DNA of 64,000 bases, taken from contig CAVPUQ010000006.1 of NCBI GenBank assembly GCA_963708985.1, forward strand, positions 135,451 to 199,450, in the 5' to 3' direction. Within the stretch, counting starts at the first letter, position 1; each line of letters starts with the position of its first letter. The translations under genes and the position numbers were made by a program. The stretch comes from an uncultured Actinomycetes bacterium. Lineage in GTDB: Bacteria; Actinomycetota; UBA4738; HRBIN12. Below the pieces are notes generated by a model. The model made no database searches. It worked only from the letters and a program-made list of their open reading frames with translations, and had not been told where the DNA came from. Of this stretch, positions 38,475 through 46,776 are shown in pieces.

Positions 38475-38927
38475 GTGAGTACTAACGCGCGCAAGCGCAG
38501 TCGGATTGGGATTGCGCACGCGTCGGGGAGGTCCGTGTTCTTCTCCGCCTCGCCGGCCAAATCGGTCGCGTTCCTTGCGACGGAGGGCTGGGAGACCAAC
38601 CCACCGGAGGTCATTGACAAGAAGATAGCCAGACTCCGCAGGCGGCACGACGACCGGCTGATTGTCGTGGTCGTCGAGGGTTCGCTCACGTTCATGCGCA
38701 ACTACGACGACGCGCTGGAGCAGCCCGACGTTCTCGTCTTCTGCGGCGCTGAGCAGGACCTCGAGCGACTCGGAGTGCCTGTCTTCGACAAAGGGTGGAC
38801 GCCAGCGCGCAGTCAGCGCACGATCGATGAGATCCTGTCAGAGGCAAAGGTGACTGACCGTCAGCCGACAGCTGGCAACACCTACCGCCGTTTCGTCAAC
38901 ATCTGGTCAAGGAGTCGACAGAACTAG
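38475..38927 (+). CDS. Hypothetical protein
   Basis: ORF 38421..38927, with a likely GTG start at 38475. It lies in a visibly lower-GC patch. No domain was recognised. Confidence 0.4.
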   Translation: MSTNARKRSRIGIAHASGRSVFFSASPAKSVAFLATEGWETNPPEVIDKKIARLRRRHDDRLIVVVVEGSLTFMRNYDDALEQPDVLVFCGAEQDLERLGVPVFDKGWTPARSQRTIDEILSEAKVTDRQPTAGNTYRRFVNIWSRSRQN

Positions 38928-38962
38928 GCGGTACTCGACGGTACTCCTGTGACACTCCAAAC

Positions 38963-39052
38963 CGGCGCTGACCTGCGGAAGTGGTGGTCGGACCGTTGCC
39001 CAGGCCTTCCCCTACAAGGAAGAGGTCGGGGGATCGAGACCCTCAGCGCCCA
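38963..39052 (+). other. Degenerate tRNA-Val(TAC)-like element (pseudo-tRNA / att scar), copy B
   Basis: It has an acceptor-like cggcgct/agcgccc and a D stem cctg/cagg with a 26-nt loop. The anticodon arm cttcc-ccTACaa-ggaag carries C33. The T arm is ggggg-atcgaga-ccctc. Positions 39006-39052 align with 30517-30559. Confidence 0.6.
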
Positions 39053-40376
39053 CCAGGAACCTGCAGGTGGTTCCTCCCGCTCGGGGATCGAGCTGATGCC
39101 GCCCAGGCTGCCCGACTGGACCGCTCACGATGGCATCCGCCACAGGATGCCCTCTGACGTCCAAGCCACCCGCCGCTACGTACAGGCCCGTGTCGAGGGC
39201 GGTCGCAACGCCGGAGGCGCTCACATACCCGTGCAGCCGCTGGCTCCACTCCCACTCGAGCTCGCCCTCCGGCGTGTACCGGCGCAGGTACAGCCTCCCG
39301 CAGTCCCCTGGCGGCGGACACCGGCGGTCGGCGAGGACGTACACCGCTCCCCAGGGCGACGCGGACACATCCACGGCGCGGATCTCGAGCTCGGCCTTGC
39401 CCCAGCGGTGCTCCCAGACGATCTGCCCGTCGGGTGAGAGCCGGGCGAGCCACGCCCGGTTGTCGCCCTCGCCGGTCACGAAGACCCCTCGTCCGGCGAC
39501 GTCGACCGCCACGGCCCGATCGACGCTTTGCCCCGGGTCGGTGAGGACCCGGGACCACACGAGGTCACCCGCGGGTGAACGTCGCTGGACCACGATGTCG
39601 GCATCTGCGAGTTCCAGGCCCTCGACCTGGGCGCATGTCGGTGTGGTGTCGAGATACCCGACCGCGTAGATGTCTGCTTCCTCATCGATCACGAGGTCGG
39701 CGACGTCGTCACAGTGCTCGCCGACCGGCTCTTCGAAGGGCTGGACCCACAGGGGCGTTCCGTCCCTGTCCCACGCGCCCAGCCAGCCGTACCCACCGAC
39801 GACGACGCCGGTCGAGCTCGCCGCCGCAGAGGAGGCGAACGCTGATTCGGACGCCTCGGTGGACCACAGCAGGTCGCCATCGGACGAGTAGGCCCAGAGC
39901 CGGACGTGTCGGTTCTCCCCGGGAGGTATCGAGACCTCACCGGTGACATAGACCATGTCCCCCTCGGGCGAGACCGTGACGTCGGAGCCCACGGCGTCGC
40001 TGAAGAGCTCATCCGGGCTCCGCCACGTCCGGCTCCACACCTGCCGGCCGTCGGGGTCGGACCTCTGCAGCACCATCGCTACGGATCGACCCCAGTCCTC
40101 AGCCGGCCCGAACGGGTCGGAGCCCGTCGTGTACACGTTGCCGCCATCGTCGGATGCCATGGCTGACAGTGAGAACCCGAGCGAGCGATGCCACACCGGC
40201 GCGGAGGGAACCGTCGGACTCGGCGATCCAGCGGGGCCCAGCGAGGGGGTCACGCTCGGCGAGGCCGCCGCGCTGGGTGACGTGGTTGCCGGGGGCTGCG
40301 TCTCACCGTCGCAGCTCGTGGCGACGAGCACCGCCGTCACGACGACCACCGACCGGATCGTCCTCACAGCCCTCAT
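39012..40376 (-). CDS. Lipoprotein with beta-propeller (SBBP-like) repeats; the last ~14 codons are encoded antisense to the tRNA-Val-like scar
   Basis: The lipobox is 'VLVATSC' followed by a Pro/Ser linker. Repeated 'G..vw..' blades follow (for example 'DPDGRQVWSRTW', 'SSDGDLLWSTE', 'DRDGTPLWVQPF', 'SPAGDLVWSRVL', 'SPDGQIVWEHRW' and 'TPEGELEWEWS'). Confidence 0.7.
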   Translation of the reverse strand: MRAVRTIRSVVVVTAVLVATSCDGETQPPATTSPSAAASPSVTPSLGPAGSPSPTVPSAPVWHRSLGFSLSAMASDDGGNVYTTGSDPFGPAEDWGRSVAMVLQRSDPDGRQVWSRTWRSPDELFSDAVGSDVTVSPEGDMVYVTGEVSIPPGENRHVRLWAYSSDGDLLWSTEASESAFASSAAASSTGVVVGGYGWLGAWDRDGTPLWVQPFEEPVGEHCDDVADLVIDEEADIYAVGYLDTTPTCAQVEGLELADADIVVQRRSPAGDLVWSRVLTDPGQSVDRAVAVDVAGRGVFVTGEGDNRAWLARLSPDGQIVWEHRWGKAELEIRAVDVSASPWGAVYVLADRRCPPPGDCGRLYLRRYTPEGELEWEWSQRLHGYVSASGVATALDTGLYVAAGGLDVRGHPVADAIVSGPVGQPGRHQLDPRAGGTTCRFLVGAEGLDPPTSSL

Positions 40377-40512
40377 GCATGCCCCCCGCGTCAGCGCCGG
40401 CGAGGCCCGACCCTCCTATCGGTGGCGAACGCCCACAGCTCGTGGCCGGTCGAGGCGGTCGCGGCGGAGAAGAAGACCGTCCCTCCTCGGATCGTCCTTC
40501 GCATCCTTCCCA

Positions 40513-40554
40513 CCTCCCCTGTGGGGGAGCGTGCGCCCTCCGATGCGAACGAAC
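40513..40554 (-). promoter_or_regulatory. Conserved ~40-nt leader element, copy 2 (partner at 7053-7091)
   Basis: The reverse complement 'gttcgttcgcatcggagggcgcacgctcccccacaggggagg' is followed by GGGAAGGATG. That ATG opens a short decayed ORF. Confidence 0.35.
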
Positions 40555-40715
40555 AGGGTGAGTCTCATGCTCGGCGGGTGCATGAGCCCAGGGCCGTAGG
40601 ACCCCTTTGGGATGGGTGAACCGCGCCGGGGATCTCGGAGGCTCTGACGTCCCCCCACTTCGGTGGAGTCGTGCCGTTCGATCGTCATGCCCATGACCCT
40701 CCACCACGGTGGGGG

Positions 40716-41995
40716 TGTCTGGTTTCACGACATAGTTCCACCCTGTCTCGCGACATCGTGCCTACCTCAGATGAGAGGGGTGGGCGATGTCGTTGGCTCG
40801 GCTGGTGGTCACGGCGGTCAGGATCGAGGGACGCACGAAGGCCGAGGTGGCTCGGGACTACGGGGTGTCGCGTCGGTGGGTCTACGAGCTCGTGCGTCGC
40901 TTCGATACCGAGGGGGAAGCCGGCCTCGAGCCTCGGTCCCGTCGGCCGCGGGCGAGCCCTCATCGCACCCCCGAGGCCCTGGAAGACGAGATCATCGAGC
41001 TGCGCAAGGTCCTCCTTGACCAAGGCTTCGATGCAGGCGCCTACACGATCGCGTCCCACCTGATCCGGCGCCACGGCAGCGCTCCGTCGGTCGCGACGAT
41101 CTGGCGGGTGCTCTCCCGTCGAGGGTTCGTGACCCCCCAGCCGCAGAAGCGACCCAGGTCCTCGTTCATCCGGTTCGAGGCCGATCAGCCGAACGAACGC
41201 TGGCAAGCCGACATCACGCACTGGCACCTGGCCGACGAGACCGAGGTCGAGATCTTGAACGTGATCGACGATCACTCCCGGTTGCTCATCGCGTCGCTGG
41301 CCAAGCGTGTGTTCAAGGCCGCCGACGTCGTGGCGAGCTTCCACGAAGCGGCTGGGGCCCATGGGTTCCCGGCATCGATGCTGACGGATAACGGTGCGGT
41401 GTTCACCGCGGCACCCCGGGGCGGTCGCTGTGCCATGGAGCTGGAGCTCGCCCGGCTCGGCATCGCCTACCGGCACTCGACGCCCTATCACCCGCAGACC
41501 TGCGGCAAGGTCGAGCGGTTCCACCAGACCGAGAAGAAGTGGCTCGCGAAGCAGCCGGCGGCAACCAGCGTCGCCGAGCTCCAGGACCAGCTCGATACGT
41601 TCGCCACCTACTACAACACCGTCAGGCCGCATCGTGCGATCGGCAGACGCACGCCCGTAGAAGCGTTCGCTGCACGGCCCAAGGCGACGCCCTCAGGACC
41701 CCGAGTGGTGATCGCCCCGCACTACCGGGTGCGACAGGACAAGGTCGACATCACCGGGGTCATCACGCTTCGTCACAACTCCCGGCTGCACCACATCGGC
41801 CTGGGACGCCGGCTCACCGGGACCCGTGTCCTGGTGCTGGTTGCCGACCTGAACGTGCGGGTGTTGACCGAAGACGGGGAGCTGCTGCGTGAGCTGACCC
41901 TAGACCCGAGCCGCGACTACCAGCCCATGAACGGATCGGCCTGAACGTGGAACGATGTCCCGGGACATGTGGGCACGATGTCCCGAGACATCACA
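40716..41995 (+). mobile_element. IS481-family insertion sequence (1280 bp) flanked by a 16-bp direct repeat
   Basis: The ends are tgtctgg.../...catcaca, with ~50-bp imperfect IRs containing a doubled 'gtc.cg.gacatcgt.cc' motif. The direct repeat tccaccacggtggggg occurs at 40700-40715 and 41996-42011. Confidence 0.88.
40787..41944 (+). CDS. IS481-family transposase (DDE)
   Basis: 385-aa intact ORF carrying 'RWVYELVRRF', 'PNERWQADITHW', 'VIDDHSRL', 'MLTDNGAVFT', 'PYHPQTCGKVERFHQT' and 'YNTVRPHRAIGRRTP'. Confidence 0.92.
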   Translation: MSLARLVVTAVRIEGRTKAEVARDYGVSRRWVYELVRRFDTEGEAGLEPRSRRPRASPHRTPEALEDEIIELRKVLLDQGFDAGAYTIASHLIRRHGSAPSVATIWRVLSRRGFVTPQPQKRPRSSFIRFEADQPNERWQADITHWHLADETEVEILNVIDDHSRLLIASLAKRVFKAADVVASFHEAAGAHGFPASMLTDNGAVFTAAPRGGRCAMELELARLGIAYRHSTPYHPQTCGKVERFHQTEKKWLAKQPAATSVAELQDQLDTFATYYNTVRPHRAIGRRTPVEAFAARPKATPSGPRVVIAPHYRVRQDKVDITGVITLRHNSRLHHIGLGRRLTGTRVLVLVADLNVRVLTEDGELLRELTLDPSRDYQPMNGSA

Positions 41996-42012
41996 TCCAC
42001 CACGGTGGGGGG

Positions 42013-42046
42013 ACTCGAACCTGCGACCGGCGGATCATGAGTCCCT
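42013..42046 (-). other. tRNA-Met-derived fragment (anticodon loop to T loop), a probable att scar
   Basis: The reverse complement 'ggactcatgatccgccggtcgcaggttcgag' matches 12518-12548 of the tRNA(CAT) gene except for one base. The T-stem 3' strand and acceptor do not match. Confidence 0.55.
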
Positions 42047-42424
42047 GAGGGGCCCATCCCCGGCCGTCCGCGACCGCAGGTGAGACCCGCTGCCTGCTTC
42101 CACCTGCGTCCATAGTCGTTACCGGTCGTCCCCGGGCTGGGCTGCCAGATCGGCTGTCAGGGGCTCCCCAGCAAGGAGACACGCAGGTGGCACCCTCGCA
42201 CCTGACACCCTCTAGGTTGAGTCAACCCATGCGTGTAGCTCGCCGCGGTCGCGGCTTCGGCGAAGCCCCGGGCCATGGACGAGACGGAACGGATCAGGGA
42301 CACGCTCCCATCGTCCGGATGCCAGGGAAACGGGTTCACCGGCAACACCGGCTTCGGCATCCAGAACGGCCCCGGAGGCTCGACGGGTCCCTTGCCTTGC
42401 TGACCTCCTCACGGAGGTACCGGC

Positions 42425-42464
42425 GGTCGCTGGACCCGACCCGGGAGGGTCGGGTCCAGCGACC
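42425..42464. terminator. Perfect 18-bp stem / 4-nt loop hairpin just downstream of the 5'-nucleotidase gene
   Basis: 'ggtcgctggacccgaccc ggga gggtcgggtccagcgacc' lies 13 nt beyond the stop at 42477-42479 on the minus strand. There is no U-tract. Confidence 0.45.
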
Positions 42465-42476
42465 ATCGAACTCCGC

Positions 42477-44259
42477 TCAGGGCAGTTCGTTGACCCGATC
42501 GGTGCTCGGAGGAGCGACCGGGCTGAACGTTCCCAGGTAGTTGACGAGCGCCTGGAGGTCGTTACCGCCGTCGAGTCGCGGCGCCGTGATCGTGCCGAAC
42601 GTCGTGAAGTTGTCCCCGCCGTCGGCGAGGAAGTTGTTCACCGTCACGTTGTAGCTCGCGGTCGGGCTGAGGGCCACGCCGTTCAGCTTCACGTTGCTCA
42701 CCGTCACCGACGTGCAGTTGCCCGCCACGATGGTCTTGGCGAGGTCGTAGGTGAAGCCGTCCGACACGCCTAGGTGCAGGAACGGGCGGCTCGAGCCGAG
42801 CGGTTGGCACTGCTGCTCGAGCACCGAGGTGATCTGGGCCCCGGTCATCGGGAACGTCACCAGGGTGTTGCCGAACGGCTGGAACGTGAACGCCTCGCCG
42901 AAGGTGACGACGCCGTCGCCCTCAGGAGGAGTCTGAGACTGCGCGTACGTGAGGTCGGAGCGCACCCCGCCGGGGTTCATGAACGCGACGTCGGCGAAGT
43001 TGGACGACGTCGCCCACAGCTGGGCGTCGGCGACCAGGTTGCCGGCCGGCGACTCGACGCCACGGTCCGATCCGTTGACCCCGCCGCGGTTGATGTCGGC
43101 GGTGATCGTGCCGACCGGCGTGCTGCCGGCAGCGTCGTACAGCGGCTGCCACTTGGCGATGATCGCCGTCATGGCGGGGTCGGGGGTCAGCGACGCCTGC
43201 TCCACGACGTGGTTGGTGGCCGTGCTCAGGTCACGGCGAACGTCGTGGGTGCGCTTGTCGAGGACGAGGTTCAGCTCCGACACGACCCGGCCGTACGAGT
43301 ACGCACTCGTGACGATGCGGGGCTGACCTGCCGAGTCGGGAAGCACGCAGTTGTAGGGCAGGTGCGTGTGGCCGGTGATCAGCGCGTCGATCTCGGGGTC
43401 CAGCGCGTTGTTGATGGCGAGGATCGGGCCGGAGATGTCGACGCAGGCATCCACGGCGCCCGGAGGCGGCGTTCTGGGACCCACCCTCGTGCAACAGCAC
43501 GATGATGGCCTCGACGCCCTGCGCCTTCAGCATCGGGACGAGGGCGTTCGCCGTGTCTGCCTCATCGAGGAAGTCCCAGCCCTGGATGCCGGCGGCGGCG
43601 ACCAAGGTATCGGTGGCCTCGAGCGTCATGCCGATGAAGGCCATCTTGACGCTCTGGAACTTCGTGATCCAGTACGGCGGCAACGGGGTCTCGCCGGTCG
43701 TCTCGCTCACGGTGTTGGCCGCGAGCCACTGGAAGTCCGCGCCCGGGTACGGGTCGCCCGGGAAGTAGCAGCCGTCGACGGCGTGACATCCGCCGTTCTG
43801 CATGCGGAGCAGCTCGGTGACGCCCTCGTCGAACTCGTGGTTGCCGACGCTCGACACGTCCAGACCCATCGCGTTCAGCGACTCGACGGACGGTTCGTCG
43901 TGGAAGAGCCCGGAGAAGGCCGGCGAGCCACCGATGAGGTCACCGGCGGCGACGGTCAGGCTGTACTTGTTGCCCTGGCGCAGTTCGTTGAGCTCGGCCG
44001 AGAGATACTCCGCGCCACCGGCCTGCACGCCAGCCACCGTTCCGGGTGTGTTCGCTTCGAGGTGTCCGTGGTAGTCGTTGAACGCCAGCAGCTGGACATC
44101 CACGAGCTGTCCGGGCGGATCGGCCTTCTTGGCCGACGCCGGATCGGCCATGGCGAATGAGGTCATGGCGATCATGAGGGCGGCGGCGACAGCCAGAGCA
44201 CGCCCGTGCCTGGCGGCTCCTAGGCCGCGCGAGGCCGTGTGCGTAGCGGGAACAGACAT
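42477..44259 (-). pseudogene. Secreted bifunctional metallophosphatase / 5'-nucleotidase, with one apparent frameshift near 43470
   Basis: It has a signal peptide and 'LLAFNDYHGHL', 'AAGDLIGGSP', 'VGNHEFDEG' and 'VLLHEGG' in ORF 43231..44307. 'ITGHTHLPYNC' and the 5'-nucleotidase C-terminal domain ('ESPAGNLVADA', 'NNFLADGGDNF') lie in ORF 42477..43484. Confidence 0.82.
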
Positions 44260-44454
44260 ACACGTCCTTCCTCTCGAAGACCACGGGCCCGAACCTCGGG
44301 CCCGCATCCACTACTAGCACATCCCCGCGACGGGTCCAACTCGACCCGCTGGTGGTGCAGGTCGGCCCCGCTGCTGGAGCGACGAGCGGAAGGGGGTACC
44401 TTACGAGTAGGTCGAACCACCCGCCTACAGGGGGCGACAGAGATGACTCCTTGT

Positions 44455-44555
44455 CGGTGCCTGACCTGGGGATCCCCCCATCACCGCAGGCAGCAGCCAC
44501 CCCCCGAACGTCCTCTACAAGGAAGAGGTCGCAGGCTCGAGTCCTGCAGTGCCGA
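44455..44555 (+). other. Degenerate tRNA-Val(TAC)-like element, copy C
   Basis: It has an acceptor-like cggtgcc/agtgccg and shares the 5' block 'tgacctg.gg' with copy B. The anticodon region is 'tcTACaa-ggaag' and the T arm gcagg-ctcgagt-cctgc is intact. The D/anticodon region is expanded. Confidence 0.55.
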
Positions 44556-44722
44556 CAGGACGAAGTGCCTGGTCGTAGACGGGTTGGGTGAGTGGTTGCG
44601 CGCTTGGAAAGTCCCAGGTTCTCGCGTGTGGCCACAGCATGGCCACACGACTCCCGGTCCGCGTTCGGGGGAAACCGCGCGGTCGCCGCTCTCAGCTCGG
44701 CTGCTCCGGTGGGGCTTGCTCG
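44510..44722 (+). repeat. Copy 2 of the ~210-bp diverged direct repeat (tRNA-Val 3' half plus flank); partner at 30517-30727
   Basis: See 30517-30727. It includes the palindrome at 44625-44649 with one mismatch. Confidence 0.8.
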
Positions 44723-45009
44723 TTGACGTGCCGCTACTTCGGGATCATGCGCCGGCCCTGGTCTCAGGGAGACGGCCGCTCGAGATGTACTCGCCTCTCC
44801 GACTTTCGATGTAGATGTTCCTCCCCTTTGACCGATGCCTGGTTCCCCCAGATATCGGAAGCTTGAACGGCCTAGCACACTCTCCGTAGGTGGTGGTATG
44901 CAGGCACCGCTGCACTCGCTGAGGTCTCTGCTCCGAGTGCGGGTGCGAACGGGTCGAAGCGGGAGAGGGTGGAGTCCTCACATCGCTCCATCCCGCAAGC
45001 GGAGGATGG

Positions 45010-45195
45010 TTGATGGACATCTGGAGCGATGACGATCTCGACCGGATGGAGCAGCGCGCCGACTACGCGCTCGGTACCGAGGATGACGGCAGGGTGCTGC
45101 TCATCCCGCCCCAGACCATCAAGGACCTCATCACCGAGTTCCGCCGCCTGCGAACGGACCTGGAAGCCACGCTCGACGGTCAGCCTCCTCAGTAG
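45010..45195 (+). CDS. Small acidic hypothetical protein
   Basis: 61-aa ORF preceded by GGAGGA. No family was recognised. Confidence 0.4.
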   Translation: MMDIWSDDDLDRMEQRADYALGTEDDGRVLLIPPQTIKDLITEFRRLRTDLEATLDGQPPQ

Positions 45196-45265
45196 AGGAG
45201 ACGATCCGCGCGGGGTTCGAGACCTGCGCCCGTTGCTGCTCTCGGTCCCGTGTGGGCTGGTCCGA

Positions 45266-46435
45266 TCACCTCGACTTCCCGATCGGATACGTCCCGTGCT
45301 CCTCGACCGCATCGACCATCGCGAGGACGTTCTCCGGCGGCACGTCGTTCATCACCGTGTGGACGGAGCTGACCATGTAGCCGCCGCCGGGGGCGAGGAT
45401 CTCGATCACCCTTCGGACCTCGGCCCGCACCTCGTCGGGGGTGCCGGTCGGCAGGATCCGCTGGGTGTCGATGCCTCCGCAGAACGTCAGGCTGTCGCCC
45501 CACCGGGCCTTGAGCTCCTCCAGGTTGGCCATCTTGCCCGCCGAGGTCTGGATCGGGTTGAGGATGTCGATCCCCATCTCGACGAAGTCGTCGATGAGCG
45601 GGAACACGTCGCCGTCGGTGTGGAAGAAGACCTTGGCCGAGGTCCGTTCGCGGATGAACCGGATGTAGTCCGCGTGGATCGGTTTGAGGATCCGCCGGTA
45701 CATCGTCGGCGACATCAACAGGCTCTCCTGCGTGCCGAGGTCGTCGCCGATCTTGATGATGTCGACGTTGTCGCCCAGGGCCGCGAGGAAGTGACCCATC
45801 AGCACCTTGCACCGCTCCTGGATCTTCCACAGCAGGGCCTCGGCGAAGTCCGGACGCATCGCGAGGTTCATCAGGAACGTCTCCATGCTCTGCATCGCGA
45901 ACGCCCTCTCGAGGGGGAAGAGCAGCCACGGCGTCGCCATGATCGCGTAGCGGTTCTCGGCGGCGAGACGGGCGGCCTCCTCCGCCACATGAGCGACCCG
46001 GGTCGGATCGTCCATGTCCGGCCAGGGGTAGTCTTCGATCTCCTCGACGGTGGTGGCGTCCTTCATCGGGCAGACGGACGGGAACCAATCGTCCGGTCCT
46101 ATCTCGACGGCGCCCGATCCCCACGAGTTGATGTAGTCACTGTGTGGTGGGCGGGTGGCGTTCCGCTCGAGCACCCAGGCAGGCTCGAGGTCGAGAACCC
46201 CTCGGACGTCGGATCGCAGGCGGACCAGCGTGTCCTCGTCGACCTCAGCCGTGCCAAGCTCCGGCCATCGGTAGAGGTACTCGTCGTCGGCCTCGATACC
46301 GAGCAGCTGCTTGAGCTCGCGATAGGGCTTCATCTTGATGCCCGTTGCATTGCTCACCCCGAGCACGACCGGCACGCGATCGGGCTCCTCGTGGCGCATC
46401 GTTGCCAGCACGCGTTCGCGCGGCGTCATGGTCAT
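45266..46435 (-). CDS. Uroporphyrinogen decarboxylase (URO-D) family protein, MtaA/CmuA-like methyltransferase type
   Basis: 389 aa run from ATG 46435, which follows a GGAGGAG RBS. 'MTPRERVLATMRHEEPDRVPV', 'IKIGDDLGTQESLLMSP', 'FFHTDGDVFPLIDDFVEMGIDILNPIQ' and 'GGYMVSSVHTV' are present. Confidence 0.85.
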   Translation of the reverse strand: MTMTPRERVLATMRHEEPDRVPVVLGVSNATGIKMKPYRELKQLLGIEADDEYLYRWPELGTAEVDEDTLVRLRSDVRGVLDLEPAWVLERNATRPPHSDYINSWGSGAVEIGPDDWFPSVCPMKDATTVEEIEDYPWPDMDDPTRVAHVAEEAARLAAENRYAIMATPWLLFPLERAFAMQSMETFLMNLAMRPDFAEALLWKIQERCKVLMGHFLAALGDNVDIIKIGDDLGTQESLLMSPTMYRRILKPIHADYIRFIRERTSAKVFFHTDGDVFPLIDDFVEMGIDILNPIQTSAGKMANLEELKARWGDSLTFCGGIDTQRILPTGTPDEVRAEVRRVIEILAPGGGYMVSSVHTVMNDVPPENVLAMVDAVEEHGTYPIGKSR

Positions 46436-46776
46436 GTCCGTCTCCTCCGACCCAGAGACTAGGGCGGATCGGACGCCAGGGCTGACACGCTCCCACCGTC
46501 GGGCGGGCCTTCTGCCCCGGGAGTGTGTCGGGGACGTGGGACACCGCGAAGGCGTGAGGCGGACCTCTCGCCACCGAGACCGGACGCCCTTCGGCACCCG
46601 TTCCGTGGGTCGGGAGTGCGGCCTCAGCGACCACGGATCGGCGCCGCCAGAGCCGAGGTGGTACGGTGGATACCTCGGACGACGTCCGAGGTCATCCGCG
46701 TCGCGACCGACCGGTGGTGCTCGACACCAGCCTCTCGCCTCACGGTTCACGCACGGCGATCGAGGGAAGGTGGGTC

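Noticed and set aside
46436-46776. Possible cobalamin riboswitch upstream of the URO-D/MtaA-like gene or the small Cys-rich ORF; also checked the 84-bp MttB/FAD-oxidoreductase intergenic region (10157-10240)
   Set aside because: I could not find a B12-box-like 'AGYCMGG.GACC.GCC' element or the conserved GGTG...GCCACTG core on either strand. Only generic GC hairpins are present (for example ccgaggt...acctcgg). A covariance-model scan would be decisive.
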